Positions 1-12,148 of a stretch of 64,000 nucleotides of DNA are shown one piece after another (within the stretch, counting starts at the first letter, position 1; each line of letters starts with the position of its first letter). A program made the translations under genes and the position numbers. The stretch is from Octopus vulgaris (taxonomy: Eukaryota), in NCBI GenBank assembly GCA_951406725.2, contig OX597833.1, positions 32,240,001 to 32,304,000 of the forward strand, written 5' to 3'. The notes beneath the pieces are model-generated. The model saw nothing but the letters and a program-made list of their open reading frames with translations. It did no database searches and had not been told where the DNA came from.

Positions 1-81
1 GAATAAATATTTCCATAGTCATTGGCTTATTCATTTTTACCTTAGATCTTTAAATCGGACATTACTTTTGCACCAACCTGA

Positions 82-124
<43 letters not shown>

Positions 125-1199
125 TGAGGAAAACTTGGCTGATATTTCTAGAGTTCAGTCGACGACACAATAATTAATGAAATACACTTCTGTCCTGTAA
201 ATGTACCCGTGGGGGTCAAGAAAAAAATGGAAAAATGAAGAAAAATGTATTAAGTTAATCATTTAAATGGCTTGTGGATATCTAGGGCAAAACGAGTCCA
301 GCAAGCGAACATATGTTGATCAATTATCAAAGTCCTGTAAAAACTCCAGTCCCACTCTCAGCACTGAAAAAAAAACAGAAGTACTTCATCAACCTGTCCC
401 AGAACAAGCGAAGTGTTTATTTCTGACTTAAAAATTTAGAATATATTGCAACAACACTCTCCTTAAATGTATGTATTGAAACTGAAGTGTTATGTACGAG
501 CATGATTACCAAGGCGACTGTAACGTTTGGAAAACTGCTGCATAGAGTGAGGGACTACCCAGTTATTCGTATATATACCATAATTAAAGTTGACAATGCA
601 CACATGGGTGTGTATGTGTGTATTTACGTATGTATATGTGTGAGTCTATCTATCTGTCTATCTGTCTGCCTGCTTGTCTTTCTATGTGTGTGTGTGTGAG
701 TATTGTGCGTATGGTTGCCTTGGTTGTGTGTATTCTGTCGTTACACGTTTGTGTCAGAAGTGTTGTGTGTGTGTGTGTGTGTGTGCGTACGTGCGTGAGT
801 GTGTGTGTGTGTAAAGTAGGTTTATTTTACATATATGGACAGAATATATCCAGATTAATAAATGAGTAACTGATTTCACCATTAACTGTAATTTCCTCTC
901 AATTCGCTGATAAGATTGCTTATGAGAAATCATTATATCCTTATATGGAATGCTGTTTATCTTACAACATAGGATAGATACACGTATGTAGATGCGTGTG
1001 TACACATGTGAACTACAGGAAATAGTTCAGATTAACCAATTCAGATCTCCTGAATGACATACGCAAAACATTTTGAACGAAGCAAAATTTGCGGTTTAGT
1101 TTGGTCTGTGAACGAAAACTCGATGGTAATTACATTCATGATTCAGTCACTTCCTCACCACTCCCTAGAATTATATAACTTCATCGATAAGACTATCAG

Positions 1200-1637
1200 A
1201 TGGCTTTTTATATCGCTGGTCACACCACTCTCCTGCTTTTTTTCCTTGGTTGCACCCTTTTCTCCTGTTGGCCCAAATTCTTTTATTATTATCTTTCTAT
1301 GACCATGGAGATCTTCTGAAAAATGCAAAGGTTCACATATCAGCCTTGTGACATGTCTGGCTCAGTGGAAATTGTGCTTTCGGTTTTCTGCAGTCACATT
1401 ATTCACTCACCCTCCTTTTGCAATTACGTTGATCCGGGTATGGTCTAGTAATGATAATCCTATCTTGGATTTTCTCATTCCCCTCCGTCATAAATCTTCC
1501 TCGAACTGGCCAAAGTGTTGGTTGTGCATAGGATCTATGTAGGACGGAGGTATTGAAGAGACTGGCATGCAGGAAGTTCCATTGTACTTTGAGCACTTCA
1601 TTAATCGAGTCAAATACCATCCATCAGACTTTCTGCA

Positions 1638-1640
<3 letters not shown>
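1200..1640 (-). mobile_element. Degenerate RTE-like LINE C-terminal fragment
   Basis: Minus-strand remnants LFNTSVL..YA..TLW and RKHNFH*ARHVTR resemble the RTE motifs LFntcVLPvltYgsETW and rKwrWAGHVaR; broken by frameshifts and stops. Confidence 0.4.
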
Positions 1641-1728
<88 letters not shown>

Positions 1729-1847
1729 TTGTCTATATTCACCGTCTGTTAAGTTTCCGTCTTGTTTCTTGTTTGCTCTGCTTTTTTCCTTGTGTTCTGT
1801 CTGTTCAATCATTGATATATATATAAGTTTGGAGCCATACTCCCTAA

Positions 1848-1904
<57 letters not shown>

Positions 1905-1907
1905 TTA

Positions 1908-2103
1908 TTATTTTCTTTTTCAAATTTGCTTCCATTTCTTGCCGAGTGTCTTCCCGACTCCTAGGGCAAAGAAACTCATAGTATACATTGGTAGGCCATT
2001 AAACCAAACTCAATAGTTCGTTCATTTTTTTTTTTTTAAGTTAAATTAAAATACATGAGCAGCAACAGTTCTCACATCGACAATGCTCTTCTCAATACGT
2101 GTG

Positions 2104-2105
<2 letters not shown>
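1908..2105 (-). repeat. ~200-bp non-coding repeat fragment within (TTA)n; its end recurs at 4991-5024
   Basis: TTTCAAATTTGCTTCCATT occurs here and again near 5006-5024, each time next to TTA tracts. Confidence 0.5.
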
Positions 2106-2190
<85 letters not shown>

Positions 2191-2194
<4 letters not shown>

Positions 2195-4898
2195 TAGTTT
2201 TATTTTTTATAGCGTGCTTTCACTTCACTACCGAGCGCAGCTCTGTGTGCCTTGGGTATGTGCTGTGATTTGTTGTGATGCTCTGATGGTTATTGTATGG
2301 AAAGTGTTCTGCGTAGGATGTGTGCAGTGCCTAGTAGTGCAATTTTCTGTATGTTATATGTGTTTGTAAGTCCTGGTGTTTTTGTTATGTATTTGTCTGA
2401 ATATTTTTTTATCATGCCTAATGCACCTACTATGATAGGAATTGTTTCTGTTTCAGGTTCCACATTCTAGTTACCTCTATTTCCAGGTCTTTGTATTTTG
2501 AGAGTTTCTCCATTTCTTTTAGAGACACGTTGTCATCTGCCGGTATTGATACATCAATTAGAAAGCATTTTTTTCTTCATGATCTCTGACAACTATATCT
2601 GGTCTGTTGGCCTTAATTTCTCTATCTGTGTGTATCGGCATATCCCAGAGTATGGTTGCTTTCTCGTTTTCTGTGACCTTTTCTGGTGTGTGCCTATACC
2701 ATCTTTTTTCTGTTGTTATTCCATAATGTTGGCATAGCTTCCAATGTATGTAGGTTCCAACTCTGTCATGTCTGTGAATATATTCCTTCTTAGCCAGGAC
2801 TGGGCAGCTAGAGATAATATGATTTATTGTTTCTTGTCCATCTCCACATATTCTGCAGTTACTTGTAATATTTCTTTTCATTACATGTTTTTGGTAATTT
2901 CTGGTGGGGAGGCTTTGGTCTTGTGCTGCAATTAAAAATCCCTCTGTTTCTGCTTTGAGTCCTGAGCTTCTCAACCATTGCTGGGATTTTTCTTTGTCTA
3001 TTTCTTTTGCGTTTAGTTTAGTGCAGTATTTACCATGAAGGGGCTTTTCTTGCCATCGTTTTATCATGGCTCGTTGCTGTTCTATTTTTAGTTTGGATTT
3101 CATTTGTTTTATAGCTTTTGTTGTTTCTTCATCATCTTCTTCTTCTTCTTCTTTGTGTTTATTAGGTGGTATGATTTCTTGTTTGTATTTGTCAGCTTCC
3201 TTAAATACTGAGAACAGTTTTTTGTTTTGCTCGTGTTTTGCTGCTATCTGGATCAGTTTTCCTTCCTTCTGAAGTAGGTATTTTTGCAGTCCTATGGTGG
3301 TTATTTTATAGTAGTTTTCCAGCTGTATAAGGCCTCTACCACCTTCTATACGTTGTATATATAGTCTTTCTATGTCAGATTTTGGGTGATGCATCCTAGA
3401 TCCTGTCAGTATTTTTCTTGTTTTCCTATCTATTTTGGACAGTTCATTTCGTGTCCAGTTAAGGATATTGTAGCTGTAACTTATAACTGGGACAGCTAAA
3501 GTGTTGATACCTATTATCTTGTTTTTAACATTGAGCTCTGTTTTTAGTATTGATCTAACTCGTCTATAATATTCTTTTTTTATTTTCTCTTTCATTTGTG
3601 TGTGTTGTGTCTTATCTAGTTCATGGATTCCTAAGTATTTGTAAGTTTGGCTTTGGTCTAATTCTTTTATTTCATTGGTTTTATCTAGTGTGATGTTGTT
3701 ACTCTTAACTAGTTTTCCTCTTTTCATGGTTACTTTGGCGCATTTTTCTAATCCAAATTTCATATCTATTTCTTTGGTAAATCCATGAACTGTCTTTAAT
3801 AGTGTTTCCAGCTGTTTGTCATTTGCAGCGTATAGTTTTAGGTCATCCATATATAAAAGGTGGCTGATCGTTTTGCCGTAACATTTATATCCGCATCCAG
3901 TTCTATTTAGCATATCAGATAGAGGTGACAGTGCCAAGCAGAAAAGGAGTGGAGAGAGCGTGTCTCCCTGGAATATTCCTCTTCTAATGGGGATGTCTTT
4001 GGTTTTCATGAGTCCCTCTTTTGTTTGGAGGTGTAGGACTGTTTGCCATTTATTCATAGAGTGCTCTATGAATTTTATGATTGTTGGTGCTACTTTGTTA
4101 ATGGCTAGTGTTTCGAGGATCCATGTGTGGGGAATGCTATCAAACGCCTTTTTGTAGTCAATCCAGGCGATACTGAGGCCTTTCTTCTTTCTGTGGCTGT
4201 CTTCAGTTATGGCTTTATTAATCATTAGTTGATCTTTACAGCCATATGAGCCTTTGCGGCATCCTTTCTGCTCTTCTGGGAACAGTTTGTTTTCGTCCAG
4301 GTGCTTGTTCAGCCTTTGTGATATCACTGCAGTAAATGCCTTGAACATAGTAGGGAGGCAGGTTATTGGTATGTAGTTTTCTGGTTTTTCTGTTTCATTT
4401 GATTTGGGAATTAAGATGGTTTTCCCCTTCGTGAGCCATTCAGGCATTGTCTCTGGCTCTGCTAGTACTTTGTTAAAGTTTTCAGCCAGCTTTTTGTGCA
4501 TTCTTGTTAAATATTTCAACCAGAAGTTGGGGATCTTGTCATGCCCAGGTGCCTTCCAGTTGCTTAGTCTTTGCAGTGCCTGGGTGACCTCTTCAGTTGT
4601 TATGGGGGTCCAAAGTTGTTCAGATGCCGAGTTTGTTATTCTGATACTCCTTTTTTTGGTGGTTCGTTCGCCGACCATATTTCTCCCCAGAATTCTTCCA
4701 ATTCTTCTGCCGTTGGTGCTGCAGTAACTTCTATTTTATTTTTGCCCAGTTCTTGGTAGAACTTTTTGGGGTCGGAGTTGAACTTTTTGTTCTGTTCAAA
4801 GAAGCGTTGGCGTTTCTCGTACCGGCGGATCCTTTGAGCTTTGGCAAGGATATCTTGCTTCAGCTTTTCTTTTATCTCCGGCAAATCTTTTTCTGTCA

Positions 4899-4900
<2 letters not shown>
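2191..4900 (-). mobile_element. R4/Dong-like RLE non-LTR retrotransposon, 5'-truncated (family A copy 1), inserted in (TAA)n
   Basis: RT + CCHC + PD..D endonuclease coding sequence; 3' UTR ends AAAACTACTG followed by (AAT)n; TTA tracts on both sides; nearly identical to 39721-41305. Confidence 0.93.
2558..4678 (-). CDS. Non-LTR reverse transcriptase with C-terminal zinc knuckle and start of restriction-like endonuclease (R4/Dong clade), frameshifted at both ends
   Basis: KAPGHD, YIPITCL, WIDYKKAFDSIPH, GIFQGDTLSPLLF, LLYMDD, YKYLG, CRICGDGQETINHIISSC, RHD, RPDIV; the upstream ORF 4636-4899 continues it in another frame. Confidence 0.92.
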   Translation of the reverse strand: MVGERTTKKRSIRITNSASEQLWTPITTEEVTQALQRLSNWKAPGHDKIPNFWLKYLTRMHKKLAENFNKVLAEPETMPEWLTKGKTILIPKSNETEKPENYIPITCLPTMFKAFTAVISQRLNKHLDENKLFPEEQKGCRKGSYGCKDQLMINKAITEDSHRKKKGLSIAWIDYKKAFDSIPHTWILETLAINKVAPTIIKFIEHSMNKWQTVLHLQTKEGLMKTKDIPIRRGIFQGDTLSPLLFCLALSPLSDMLNRTGCGYKCYGKTISHLLYMDDLKLYAANDKQLETLLKTVHGFTKEIDMKFGLEKCAKVTMKRGKLVKSNNITLDKTNEIKELDQSQTYKYLGIHELDKTQHTQMKEKIKKEYYRRVRSILKTELNVKNKIIGINTLAVPVISYSYNILNWTRNELSKIDRKTRKILTGSRMHHPKSDIERLYIQRIEGGRGLIQLENYYKITTIGLQKYLLQKEGKLIQIAAKHEQNKKLFSVFKEADKYKQEIIPPNKHKEEEEEDDEETTKAIKQMKSKLKIEQQRAMIKRWQEKPLHGKYCTKLNAKEIDKEKSQQWLRSSGLKAETEGFLIAAQDQSLPTRNYQKHVMKRNITSNCRICGDGQETINHIISSCPVLAKKEYIHRHDRVGTYIHWKLCQHYGITTEKRWYRHTPEKVTENEKATILWDMPIHTDREIKANRPDIVVRDHEEKNAF

Positions 4901-4955
<55 letters not shown>

Positions 4956-4957
4956 CA

Positions 4958-4991
<34 letters not shown>

Positions 4992-5020
4992 TTTTTTTTT
5001 TCTTCTTTCAAATTTGCTTC

Positions 5021-5072
<52 letters not shown>

Positions 5073-5131
5073 ATTATTATTATTATTATTATTAATATTA
5101 TTATTATAATAATAATAATAATAATAATAAT

Positions 5132-5182
<51 letters not shown>

Positions 5183-5197
5183 AATAATAATCATCAT

Positions 5198-5234
<37 letters not shown>

Positions 5235-5332
5235 TGTGTGTGTCTGCATGTATGGATGTATGTCATAGTTCTTGCCGCAAGATTGCACTGGTGCGACACT
5301 TGGGTTTGTTTGTAATTTCAATAAAATACCTA

Positions 5333-5478
<146 letters not shown>

Positions 5479-5499
5479 CATATACATACATACATGCTA

Positions 5500-8045
5500 T
5501 ACGTCCCACTAACAGAAAGTAAAGAAAGAGATAGAAATGTTGCTTGGAGACAGCAAAAAGGGTACACTCACTGATTATCCTCAAGCAGGAGCAAAAAGCT
5601 GTCAGTGAAAAAATCCAACATCAGAAGAGAATAACCGAGAGAAAGAACAATAACAAAAAATTTAACCGCAACCAGGCATCTGTATACAGAGACATGAGAG
5701 GAGGAGCAATAAATATCACGGAAGCTTCTTCAGGAGAAGACATAGACATCTTCTGGAGGAAAATTTAGAATGAAGAGAAGGAATTTAACCAAGATGCTCT
5801 GTGGTTGGAAGAAATCCGAAAAAGTTACTACTCCTGCGTTACATCCAAGACATACAGCATTGATGGTGAAACTCTTGCGACTGTGATCCAGAAACTCCAG
5901 TATGGAAAAGCACCTGGAAGAGACTTGATTGTTGGATATTGGTACAAGAAGCAAACATTCTGCCAACCATATCTTATCAATCTATACTAGCAATCTATCA
6001 TTGGGAACAGTAGCATACCACACTGGTTATCTCTGGCAGAGACAAAATTGATTCCCAAATAAGGAACCACCCTCATGGCAAAAAACTGTTGGCCAATTGC
6101 ATTCTAGAAGAGCATGTTTAAACCTCTTCCTCCAAGGCTATTGTGAAACCAATAACATTATCGCAGCCGAACAAGCAGCTTGGAAGAAGGGAGTCTGGGA
6201 ATGTACCGAGCAATTGTTAATCAACAAAACTGTGATGTTAGAGGTGCAAGAGCATAGGAATAACCTAGTTTCAATGTCGCTAGATTACAAGAAAACCTTT
6301 GACTCTATTCCCCACTCATGGATGCTAGAAGCCCTTCAACTTACTAAAGTTCCAGTGAGAATAGTCAAAGCCATAACTGACCTGTCTTCATCGTGGGCCA
6401 CCATCTTGAAATTGAACACAAAGAGTGACTGTATTATCACCCATAGAATACAATATGGCAAAGGCATATTCCAAAGAGACAGCCTCTCTGTGATGTTGTT
6501 TATACTTTCTGTAAACACCCTGTCATTCATGTTAAGGAAGTCTGAAGGATATCTCACTGGTTCACAAGGAAACAGAAATACCAAAATTATACACTATTTC
6601 TTTGTGGATGACTTAAAACTTCAGGCAAAGAATATGCATGAGATGAAAAAGACCTTGACCTAATTACAACATTCTCAAAGGATGTAGGATTGGAGTTTGG
6701 TCAGGATAAACATTGTTATATGGCTGTGAAAAGGGGGAAAACTATAAACCAGACTAACAACATCTCCATCAATGATTTGACTGTTTCCCCTGTATCTGAC
6801 GAGAAATGTTACAAGTATCTAGGGGTGGATGAAAATATACCTTACAGTGGCACCTGTAACAAAATACATGTCACTAAAGAATATTACAGCCGAATAAAGA
6901 AAATTTGGACCTCACTCTCTGCATTCAATAAAACAGTAGCCCACAATGTGTTTGCAGTGCCAGTACTCATGCCAACATTTGGGCTGCTTCATTGGACGCT
7001 TGATGAGATCCAAGCCATTCATGTGAAAATCCACAAAATATTAACAAGCACACATAATTTCTGCATAAACAGTGACATAGACTGCCTCTACCTAAAACAT
7101 AAACACGGCAGCAGAGGCCTAACATCAATCCAAAATACCTTTGAATGTTGCATCATATCCCTTCGGCAATATCTTTTAATCACCAAGTGTCGAAGTGCAT
7201 CCCTTGAGCAAGTTTGCATACATGAGGCTGATAACATCATAAGACTTGGAAGGCAGCTCCTTGAGCAACACTCTTTGTTTGATAACCTAGAATACTTGCT
7301 CAAAGAAATCACACTACTGCAACGTATCATCAGAGGAAAGGATGAGCCTATATGAACAGAAGACTATGCATGCTCCGTGGTGATAGTAACATTGATCATC
7401 AAAGTAGTTTATCATAGATGAATAGCCGGATTACTATCTCCCACTTTGAAGGGTATGCGTTTGCAATCCAGGAACAGGAAATATCAACCAAGTACTTGAT
7501 GCACAAAAGGGATAGAGATGCGAAAAAAGCAGTAAAATGTGACAACCGAGGCAGACTTTGTGGAGTTCATACTGAAGATATCACCCACATCATAAACAGT
7601 TGTCCGAAAATGTCACCACGGTATTATCTGCCAATGAGACGTGACATTTTAGCTAGGAGACTCTGCAATGAAATTCATCAGAAGGATAATCCCGTGGACA
7701 AAGAAATAAGAACCCACAATATGGTAGACGCCATAGCCACTCATAATGAAAAAGAATACTGGTGGAATGTTCCAGTGAAAACCTCAATAAAATGTAAGCA
7801 GAACTGGCCTGATATAATGATTTGGGATAGAGAAGAAAAACTTTGCACAGTTGTGGAAATTAGCTGCCTAGTGGATGTTAACCTAAAGCTGAAGATCAAT
7901 GAAAAAGAGAACACCTGTTCTGAATTATTGAGAAATCTACAGTTACTCTATCCTGATTACAAATTCAGGTTTATACTTGTAATTACTGGGGCCCTTCAAG
8001 AAGTTCATCATTGAAATATATATGAGCATGCCTAGATATGCAACT
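5500..8045 (+). mobile_element. Decayed R4/Dong-like RLE LINE (family B) flanked by (CATA)n
   Basis: ORF pieces 5805-5990, 6097-6663, 6690-7355 and 7418-8014 give KAPGRD, LDYKKTFDSIPH, GIFQRDSLS, FFVDDLK, YKYLGV, RLCGVHTEDITHIINSC, WPDIMIW. Confidence 0.88.
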
Positions 8046-8259
8046 ATATGCATGAGAATACGTACATAAAGCATACAAATCTGCACATACATACATACAA
8101 ACATACATACATACATGCATGCATGCATACATACATACACGCACATACATACATGCATGCATACATACATACATACATACATATATGCATACATACATAC
8201 ATACATACCTACCTACATACATACATACATACATACATACATACATACATACATACATA

Positions 8260-8360
8260 CCCTGTTGATGTTGAAATTCCAATTAAGCAGCCTAGGATCT
8301 AGGTTAGAAACCGATTCTTTCTCTATTGGTAAGAAATCTTGAAATAAACTGAATAATGAC
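8260..8360 (+). mobile_element. ~100-bp non-coding insert, probable LINE 3' UTR remnant, within (CATA)n
   Basis: Unique sequence ending AATAAACTGAATAATGAC then ATACATAC, bracketed by CATA arrays; the 45832 copy ends similarly in GAC+ATAC. Confidence 0.4.
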
Positions 8361-8370
8361 ATACATACAT

Positions 8371-8428
<58 letters not shown>

Positions 8429-10444
8429 CATTATTCTTTTCCCAGTTCCTAATATTTAAAATAAATGGCCTCAACTCTGTATTAAAACCTTTCTGACAGT
8501 ACATTGCTTCCATTTTGACACAATACAAAACCATGAATTTCAGGAGATGGAGCTGGAACTGGAGCTAGAGCTGGAGATTGTTATGACTCTCATTAATGTG
8601 CAGAGGTCCTTCAGGGTGTTAGTAAAAGGGAAGTAACATCAGGGATTTAAACTGCTTTGCGTCTTAAGTTTGTCGAGAAAGTTCACAAGTTGCTCCATAT
8701 AAATACGAATTTGTTGATAATAGTTGTGAAGTTGCTTTATCCTATGTCAGCTCTGATTGTACACACATATCATGAAAGATGCTCAGGCGTTTTTGTTTCT
8801 CTTTAAAACTGAATGGTATAATTTGAAGGAGAATTAGTAGTTATTTCTAGATTTTGAGGCTACCTTATCGCTTTACAAAAATGATACCTTCCCGTCCATG
8901 CTGTATAATATATACTGTCTAACAGAACAGGATGCTCACGGTTAAAACGTCTTTGACCATACACCTGCTAAATGTAAGGTGTATGGGCACTAAATTAAAA
9001 TATATCTCAGGTGGAGATGCTTATCTTTCTCTAAAAACACTCCCTGTTCCATACAAAAATGTGTAGTAATTAAGTTATTTATCTTGTTTCGATTCACACT
9101 GATATCATGACTAAGAAATATTTTAAGGTAATTGGCAAGCCTAGCATTATTGTACGAGTTGCCACCTCTGAATGATAATAAATCAATCCTTCGTATAAAT
9201 AAATGTGGTTCTTATTATTGCTCATTGATAAAATCTTGATAAAGTGCCTTCTACTGTAGCCTCAGGTTGGTCAAAGCCTTGTGAATGAAATTTGGAAGAC
9301 GGAAACTATGCGGAGGTTTGGAGGAATTGAAAGGTTTTCAATGGTTATATACTCTTCTATTTATTTCTTAAATGTACTCGCAAAGTCAAAAGGATGACGT
9401 GTGTAGAAAACGTCGCAGCAATGACTCTTTTGTGTTGTACAATCAAATGTTTTTGATCAGATAAAGGCCATCCATAAACAGAAAAATAGATAATGTACAT
9501 TATTTTTAGACACAAAGTTACTCTTTTGAGGCTAAAATATAGGGCTTGGCGTTGGTCAAAAGAGATAGAGAGAGAAAGAGAGGAGAGAGAGAGGGGAAGG
9601 GAGAATACATAAAAGAATGAAAGATGAGACAGCTTCACCATAGCTGGCGATGCAAGACAAATGACAGAAAACTGCTTTGGGTTCTCTTAAGTGGGAACAT
9701 ATGCATATTTAAAACAGTAGAAAAGTTAAAACGAGCAGTTACAATTAAAAAGAAAGACAACCATTCTAGTGGAAAATTAACCAAATAGAGGATATAGTCT
9801 ATTTTCTTGAATCAGGAATCTTAGGCCTTCTGATCTAGGTGTTTCTGTATTTTTTTCTCGAATTATGTTGAGAGATGGTGATTTCACATTTGTCGTGTTT
9901 TCTATCCTTGAGAAATTTCATGTAAGATATAAGGGTGCTGTTGTGTCGCCAATGGCTTGGTCACCGTTCCGCATCACCATGACTGTTGTATGTAGATGCT
10001 AGCTGCTATAGCTGTTAGACTTGAAATGGAGGTTATGTTATGACGACAAACGTTAAATTATGTGCTTGAAATTATAGCTATGGAAATTAGTGAGTTCAGT
10101 CGACAGCCAGATGGAAAACGATGATTGACCGTAGAACCGGTATAGTCAGTGTTACCATAGAGATAGCAGAAAGTTTGGATATAGAATGAATATTTTATAG
10201 TTATTATCATAAACAAACGAGTTTCACAAAAGCCAAACAAGTTTGTAAACTACGCGCTGAAGGATTACGTAAAAATATGTAAACACATACTGTACTGTCC
10301 AATCAGAAAATGTCTGATCGTCTGCATGGCGTCACTGTAATTACGTATGAGAGATCGTTCCTTTTGCTGGCTGGCAGATGGATTTTATCATATATATATA
10401 TATATAGCCATGTGGATCGCTCTCTCTCTCACTCACTCACTCAC

Positions 10445-10538
<94 letters not shown>

Positions 10539-10541
10539 TAG

Positions 10542-10715
10542 TTAATAATTAAGGTTACTAACAAGCAGAACCGGCATGCTAAGTATAGCAGTCAAAATTA
10601 CTAAACCAGAATTTCCACTTAAACACAAAGCTGAAAGCGAGTAAATGAATAAGAATCCCCAGGCCTCACTATATTTAGCATGCCTGTGCTGCTTGTTAAT
10701 ACCCTTAATTATTAA
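10542..10715. repeat. Foldback element with ~47-bp imperfect inverted arms next to (TA)n
   Basis: 10542-10588 TTAATAATTAAGGTTACTAACAAGCAG...TATAG is the imperfect reverse complement of 10669-10715. Confidence 0.75.
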
Positions 10716-10799
10716 TTGATAACCTTTTACTGTTATCGTTTTCTTTTACGCATGCAAACCCACTGATATTATTATAAACAATATATATGAACAAATGAA

Positions 10800-11048
10800 T
10801 AATAATAGGCGTTAGATAATGGTCAGGTCATTACAGCTGTTTCTTACGCATTTTTAATAGAAGAATGAGAACATTTCATCATTGCAAAAATAAAAAAAAA
10901 AACGTAATCATAAAATAAAACATATAATTTCAAAACAATAGGAAAATATTTCAAGAACACAGCAGGAACATGCCAGGAGCCAGCTGAAGCTGACCATGTT
11001 TAATGGTCAGCTGTAATGAACTGACCTTTATCCATCGCCTGTTATTAT
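10800..11048. repeat. Inverted repeat carrying broken hammerhead halves
   Basis: Arms at about 10801-10839 and 11008-11046. The minus arm retains GAAACAGCTGTA; the plus arm has CTGAAGC-TGACCAT/ATGGTCA-GCTGTA. Confidence 0.55.
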
Positions 11049-11294
11049 CCATTTGCTTATAATACAACATAGGGATTCACGACACGTCGGACACCCTAGA
11101 GTATACCAAATAACGTATGATCAACACAACGTATGATTTGGACCAACTCTTAGGCGTTAAATACTAGTACGGATGGTTTTACTCTGTCTGTACAACCTGA
11201 ACATTCTACTAGATATTTAATCGACCATAGGTGGTGACAACAGGTTAATCCAACCCTACCTGGTGCATATTATTTAAGTACCCGATTCCCTCAA

Positions 11295-11452
11295 TTCTTC
11301 TTCTTCTTCTTCTTCTTCTTCTTCTTCTTCTTCTTCTTCTTCTTCTTCGCCTTCTTCCTCCTCCTCCTCCTCCTCCTCCTCCTCCTTCTTCTTCTTCTTC
11401 TTCTTCTTCTTCTTCTTCTTCTTCTTCTTCTTCTTCTTCTTCTTCTTCTTCT
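11295..11452. repeat. (TTC)n/(TCC)n microsatellite
   Basis: Direct reading. Confidence 0.95.
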
Positions 11453-11905
11453 ATAACTGTTCAATATTTGGTAGACTGATGCAAATTTCTACTGCATCAC
11501 CTGCTAATCTCCGTGTTGTTCTGTTGTGTGCAGCATTGTGTGTTAGTTTCTGCTGTTGGGAGTGTGCAAACTCTTCCTGGTACTGTATTGTGTTAGTCCT
11601 TCTTTTCTCTTGAGGTGTGGTGCAGCCTTTTGTCGTGTTACTGCTTGTATTGTGTGTTGAGTGTCCAATGCGTTTGGTGTTTTGGCTTGCTGGTAGAAGT
11701 TTATTTCACTTGGTAAATGCTGTATAGAGTGTGTCTTGTATTTGTGGGTTGTTTTGTTTAGGTTGTCTTATTGAATTGATAGTGTCTTGCGTAGGATGTG
11801 GGCTGTTTCCAGTGGGGCTATGTTTTGAACAGTGTATTGTGTTGAGAATCCAGGTATAGCTTCTACGTTTTTATACATATGTTCTTTTACGCTCCGATTA
11901 TTATT

Positions 11906-12148
11906 TATGTCTTTATTGCCCACAGGGGGCTAAACATAGAGGGGACAAACAAGGAAGAAAAAGGGATGAAGTCGATTACATCGACCCCAGTGTATAACTG
12001 GTATATATTTAATCGATCCCGAAAGGATGAATGGTAAAGTCGAACTCGGCGGAATTTGAACTCAGAATGTAACGACAGACAAAATACTGCCAAGCATTTT
12101 GCCCTGCGTGCTAACGTTTCTGCCAGCTCGCCGCTAACGTTTCTGCCT
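11906..12148 (-). mobile_element. tRNA-derived SINE (type A) with 15-bp TSD
   Basis: Head GCGGCGAGCTGGCAGAAACGTTAGC..GAGTTCAAATTCC (A/B boxes); GCTCCGATTATTATT is duplicated at 11891-11905 and 12149-12163. Confidence 0.88.
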
